NCBI GenBank assembly: GCA_018303825.1
Contig: JAGVXK010000014.1
Span: 1-10,370, forward strand
Source: Candidatus Pacearchaeota archaeon
GTDB taxonomy: Archaea > Nanobdellota > Nanobdellia > Pacearchaeales > GW2011-AR1
Direction of reading: 5' to 3'
Length of the DNA: 10,370 nucleotides
Part shown: positions 7,892-10,370 of the stretch, piece after piece
Layout: each line of letters starts with the position of its first letter
How positions within the stretch are numbered: the first letter of the stretch is position 1
Program-made: the position numbers and the translations under genes
The notes under the pieces: model-generated
What the model was told of the DNA's origin: nothing
The model's database searches: none
Seen by the model: only the letters and a program-made list of their open reading frames with translations

Positions 7892-8704
7892 TTAAGAACT
7901 ACCTCCTTTTTGACCTACTCCATCGATTATAACATTTGCATAAGTTGATACAGTAAATGCTCCCTTTGTCAATTCAAAGGCATTGCGAATTCTGGGATAA
8001 ATAGACAAATCAAGGGCATTTCCAGGAATTGTAGTTAAGTGATATTTTATAGTATAAACTCCATCATCTCTTCTTGTTAAAGTCATATCTTCAGTCATTC
8101 TGTCAGGATCATTACTGTCTCCGTGGCAGAAAACAGTGCTTGCAGATAGCTTGGATGCATGAGAAATAATTTCCAAAAAATCATCATCAATTCTAGGAGT
8201 AACGGTTCTTCTTTGTATCGCCCTCTCTATTGGAAGATGCTTTCTTACATATCTGAAGCAAATCTGTCTTAGTATCTTTCCGTTTGGTGATGGTGAAAAA
8301 TAAAAGACTTTTCCATCACTGAATTCTAAAGTATCTTTATCCTTGGCAGCTTTTTGAAGTTTTCTAGTCACATCAGGATTCATAGCAGAATAATCTTCTT
8401 TTGTGAATTCTGCTTCAAGCTGTTCTCCGATAAAGAATGTCATATCAGGAATATCTTTAGTTGTGCCCCTTAGTTCAACATCAGTAATCTCTCTTGATTT
8501 TCCAATAGGGCTGACTTCTAATCTGAAGTACGCTCCGTTTTCTCCAGGATACTGATAAACTGTGCTTTTTGTTATGCCTGTCTGCGCTATCTTTTTGAAA
8601 CAGTCTCTTAAAATATTCTCTAAAGTGACATCCAGCGGAGAATTAGCCTCGCCGATTCTTCTTAGAAATAGTTCTCTTATCCTTGAGAAATCAACACCAA
8701 CCAT
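7892..8704 (-). CDS. Hypothetical protein, 270 aa, no recognisable motif
   Basis: Long ATG-initiated ORF that exactly fills the gap between genes A and C, with a 1-nt spacer on each side. GGAGT SD-like motif 5 nt upstream of the ATG. Confidence 0.85.
   Translation of the reverse strand: MVGVDFSRIRELFLRRIGEANSPLDVTLENILRDCFKKIAQTGITKSTVYQYPGENGAYFRLEVSPIGKSREITDVELRGTTKDIPDMTFFIGEQLEAEFTKEDYSAMNPDVTRKLQKAAKDKDTLEFSDGKVFYFSPSPNGKILRQICFRYVRKHLPIERAIQRRTVTPRIDDDFLEIISHASKLSASTVFCHGDSNDPDRMTEDMTLTRRDDGVYTIKYHLTTIPGNALDLSIYPRIRNAFELTKGAFTVSTYANVIIDGVGQKGGSS
7901..7908 (-). promoter_or_regulatory. Shine-Dalgarno site for gene C
   Basis: AAGGAGGT 10 nt upstream of ATG 7890. Confidence 0.8.
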
Positions 8705-8705
8705 C

Positions 8706-10304
8706 TTATACTCCGTAAATCTGGTCTAATTTACCTAGTGTAGATGCAGGCTTGTCTTCCTGCAAGTAAGGTGCTACAGCTCTCCATAGCCAAGGATTAT
8801 TTACATCACAGTATGTCTTTATTCTGGCAGCAGTCTCCTGAGTTACTTTTCCTTCCTTTAATGCAACCAAATCCTGAAGGCAAGGCTCTGACAGTCCTTC
8901 TTGGAATTTCTCCCTAGCTTCACTCTTGAATTTGCCAAGAGCAGCATATCTATTACCTTGAAAATGCTTTGAAACCCACATTGGTGCAAGCCCAACCTTT
9001 GAGTATCCTACAAAATCAAAAGCAGCGCATACATCTTCTATACCAATTTCTAACTCACTTGCATATCTTTCAATAGCTCTTCTGTACAATTCAGAGTCAG
9101 GAACATTTGATCCAACATATTGTCTTAGAGAATCTTTTAATTTGTCAGCGTTTCCATCAGGAATAGCGTAACTTAATGGGGAAGCAGTTTTTCCATCAAT
9201 TGAACCCATCAACATTTCAGTAAACTTTGTTGCTCTGAGCAATGCAAAACCTGCAGCTACAGCCTTCAAGTTAGTAGAAATACCTTCACTAATACCTTTT
9301 ACATGAGGGCACAATTCATTTGGAAATGTTCTTAAAAATTCACAGCCCATAGTTGCTCCAGTAACTTGCTGCCCGCCAAGATTAACCGGCAGATTGCAGA
9401 CATGTCTTACTGAACCGCTTTTATCCTCGACGCTTGATTTGTCTCCTGTCTGAGAATTTTTGCAGAAATCAAAAGCAGCCAAATAGGATATAAACATTTC
9501 AGCTGTAGGATGGATTGGTAATCCCTGCTCCAAATATTTATGAATTTCCAAAACATCTGGGAAATAATTTGCCTCATTTCTCATAAGCATTTGTCTGTTG
9601 CTGTCTCTCTGTATCAATAACTTGTCAAAAGCAGTTGGTCTGAATACATTCATAGGGATTTCTATTGTAGTTCTTCTTCTAAGAGCTTCGTCAATTCCGA
9701 AAGTACCGCTGTAATTTGCACCCTCGTTTATCGCAGCTATTTGAAACTGATATGTTTTTCCTTCAGCATATAACTGACCAAGTTTGACTCTTGTACCATT
9801 TGGAAGAGTAATGTCTTTGTCGAAAACATGAAGTAATTTGTTTGCTATTGCTGGATGAGTTCTATTTATTTCGTCTGCAATTAATCCTGGTAAAGTCAGG
9901 AATCCCTGAGCAGTATAAAGTCCTTCAGATATCTTCTTTCCTTCTGTTATAATGGAGAAATCAGTGTCTGCAACAGAATCCTTTCCAAAATCAGTGTCAA
10001 TATCAATTCTATGCCATCCATCTTCTTGTTTTCCGAATAAACCATTCATAACCAATTTAGCAAGAGTAGTTTTTCCACAGTCAGTTTTACCAGTCATTAA
10101 TACCGAACTTTGAGTGAGTGCACCGACGACAAGTACATCTTTCAAGTCATGGACTACTCTGAATGGAAAAGTCTGATATGTTGGTAAAATTAGTTGCGTA
10201 TCAACTACTGCGAGAGGATTTCTATTGTGATAATCTCTTGCATTTTCATGCACACGTCTATTCAATTCATGTGCTTTTTTCAGTAGTTTTAACTCAATTC
10301 CCAT
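8706..10304 (-). CDS. MoxR-family (H2-insert clade) AAA+ ATPase, 532 aa
   Basis: Walker A GKTDCGKT (10068-10091), Walker B LIADEINR followed by THP (9861-9884), sensor-I IAAINE, and MoxR-type GTF then DEALRRR arginine finger (9672-9692). Lies in an operon with a VWA gene, the usual MoxR partner. Confidence 0.88.
   Translation of the reverse strand: MGIELKLLKKAHELNRRVHENARDYHNRNPLAVVDTQLILPTYQTFPFRVVHDLKDVLVVGALTQSSVLMTGKTDCGKTTLAKLVMNGLFGKQEDGWHRIDIDTDFGKDSVADTDFSIITEGKKISEGLYTAQGFLTLPGLIADEINRTHPAIANKLLHVFDKDITLPNGTRVKLGQLYAEGKTYQFQIAAINEGANYSGTFGIDEALRRRTTIEIPMNVFRPTAFDKLLIQRDSNRQMLMRNEANYFPDVLEIHKYLEQGLPIHPTAEMFISYLAAFDFCKNSQTGDKSSVEDKSGSVRHVCNLPVNLGGQQVTGATMGCEFLRTFPNELCPHVKGISEGISTNLKAVAAGFALLRATKFTEMLMGSIDGKTASPLSYAIPDGNADKLKDSLRQYVGSNVPDSELYRRAIERYASELEIGIEDVCAAFDFVGYSKVGLAPMWVSKHFQGNRYAALGKFKSEAREKFQEGLSEPCLQDLVALKEGKVTQETAARIKTYCDVNNPWLWRAVAPYLQEDKPASTLGKLDQIYGV
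8710..8714 (-). promoter_or_regulatory. Shine-Dalgarno-like site for gene B
   Basis: GGAGT 5 nt upstream of ATG 8704, inside the last codons of gene A. Confidence 0.55.
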
Positions 10305-10307
10305 GTT

Positions 10308-10320
10308 AATTTGACAAATT
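10308..10320. promoter_or_regulatory. Operator-like inverted repeat AATTTG-A-CAAATT
   Basis: Perfect 6-bp arms with a 1-nt spacer, located between the TATA box and the gene A start codon. AT-rich, so a chance occurrence is possible. Confidence 0.35.
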
Positions 10321-10347
10321 TAGTCATTTGTAAGTGGCTACAAACAC

Positions 10348-10363
10348 TATTTAAATCTTTGCA
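10348..10363 (-). promoter_or_regulatory. Putative archaeal BRE + TATA box
   Basis: Minus strand reads TGCAAAGA-TTTAAATA: a purine-rich BRE-like element directly before a TTTAAATA box, 44 nt upstream of the gene A ATG. Gene A has no SD. Confidence 0.55.
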
Positions 10364-10370
10364 TGAGTAT

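Noticed and set aside
364-7948. Other short nested ORFs (364-621, 1258-1452, 1434-1742, 2052-2327, 2431-2670, 4163-4351, 4784-4987, 5026-5358, 5497-5682, 6398-6649, 6753-7103, 6839-7042, 7706-7948)
   Set aside because: All are fully or almost fully nested in long motif-bearing CDSs and have biased shadow-frame composition. 6753-7103 and 6839-7042 simply reflect the low-complexity linker.
10311-10340. TTGACA on the plus strand as a bacterial -35 box of a divergent promoter
   Set aside because: No TATAAT-like -10 at 16-18 nt spacing (GTGGCT is found there). The hexamer is explained by the palindrome.
1-10370. CRISPR array, tRNA/rRNA, transposase or integrase
   Set aside because: No regularly spaced repeats or RNA gene signatures. 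Nearly the whole window is covered by the five CDSs, none with DDE, tyrosine- or serine-recombinase motifs.

Overview
The window holds one tightly packed five-gene minus-strand operon (10304 to 119) in AT-rich DNA. The transcription and translation signals look archaeal: a BRE/TATA-like box and no SD for gene 1, and strong GGAGG-type SD motifs on internal genes. Gene order: (A) MoxR-type AAA+ ATPase with a Cys-rich insert; (B) 270-aa orphan; (C) HExxH zincin-like domain + Lys/Asp/Gly linker + VWA domain with complete MIDAS; (D) 594-aa Hsp90-like GHKL ATPase; (E) ~1321-aa paralogous Hsp90-like GHKL ATPase with a glycine-zipper/membrane-type insert and a C-terminal zincin-like domain whose catalytic Glu is replaced by Gln (HQKVH...NHEHLF). 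MoxR-VWA pairs are well known. Their coupling to two tandem Hsp90-like paralogs, one active and one apparently dead metallopeptidase module, and a membrane-type insert matches no system I can name. It is a candidate uncharacterised proteostasis or biological-conflict (defence) system. I found no tRNA, rRNA, CRISPR array or transposase. All family calls come from motifs read by eye, with no database search.
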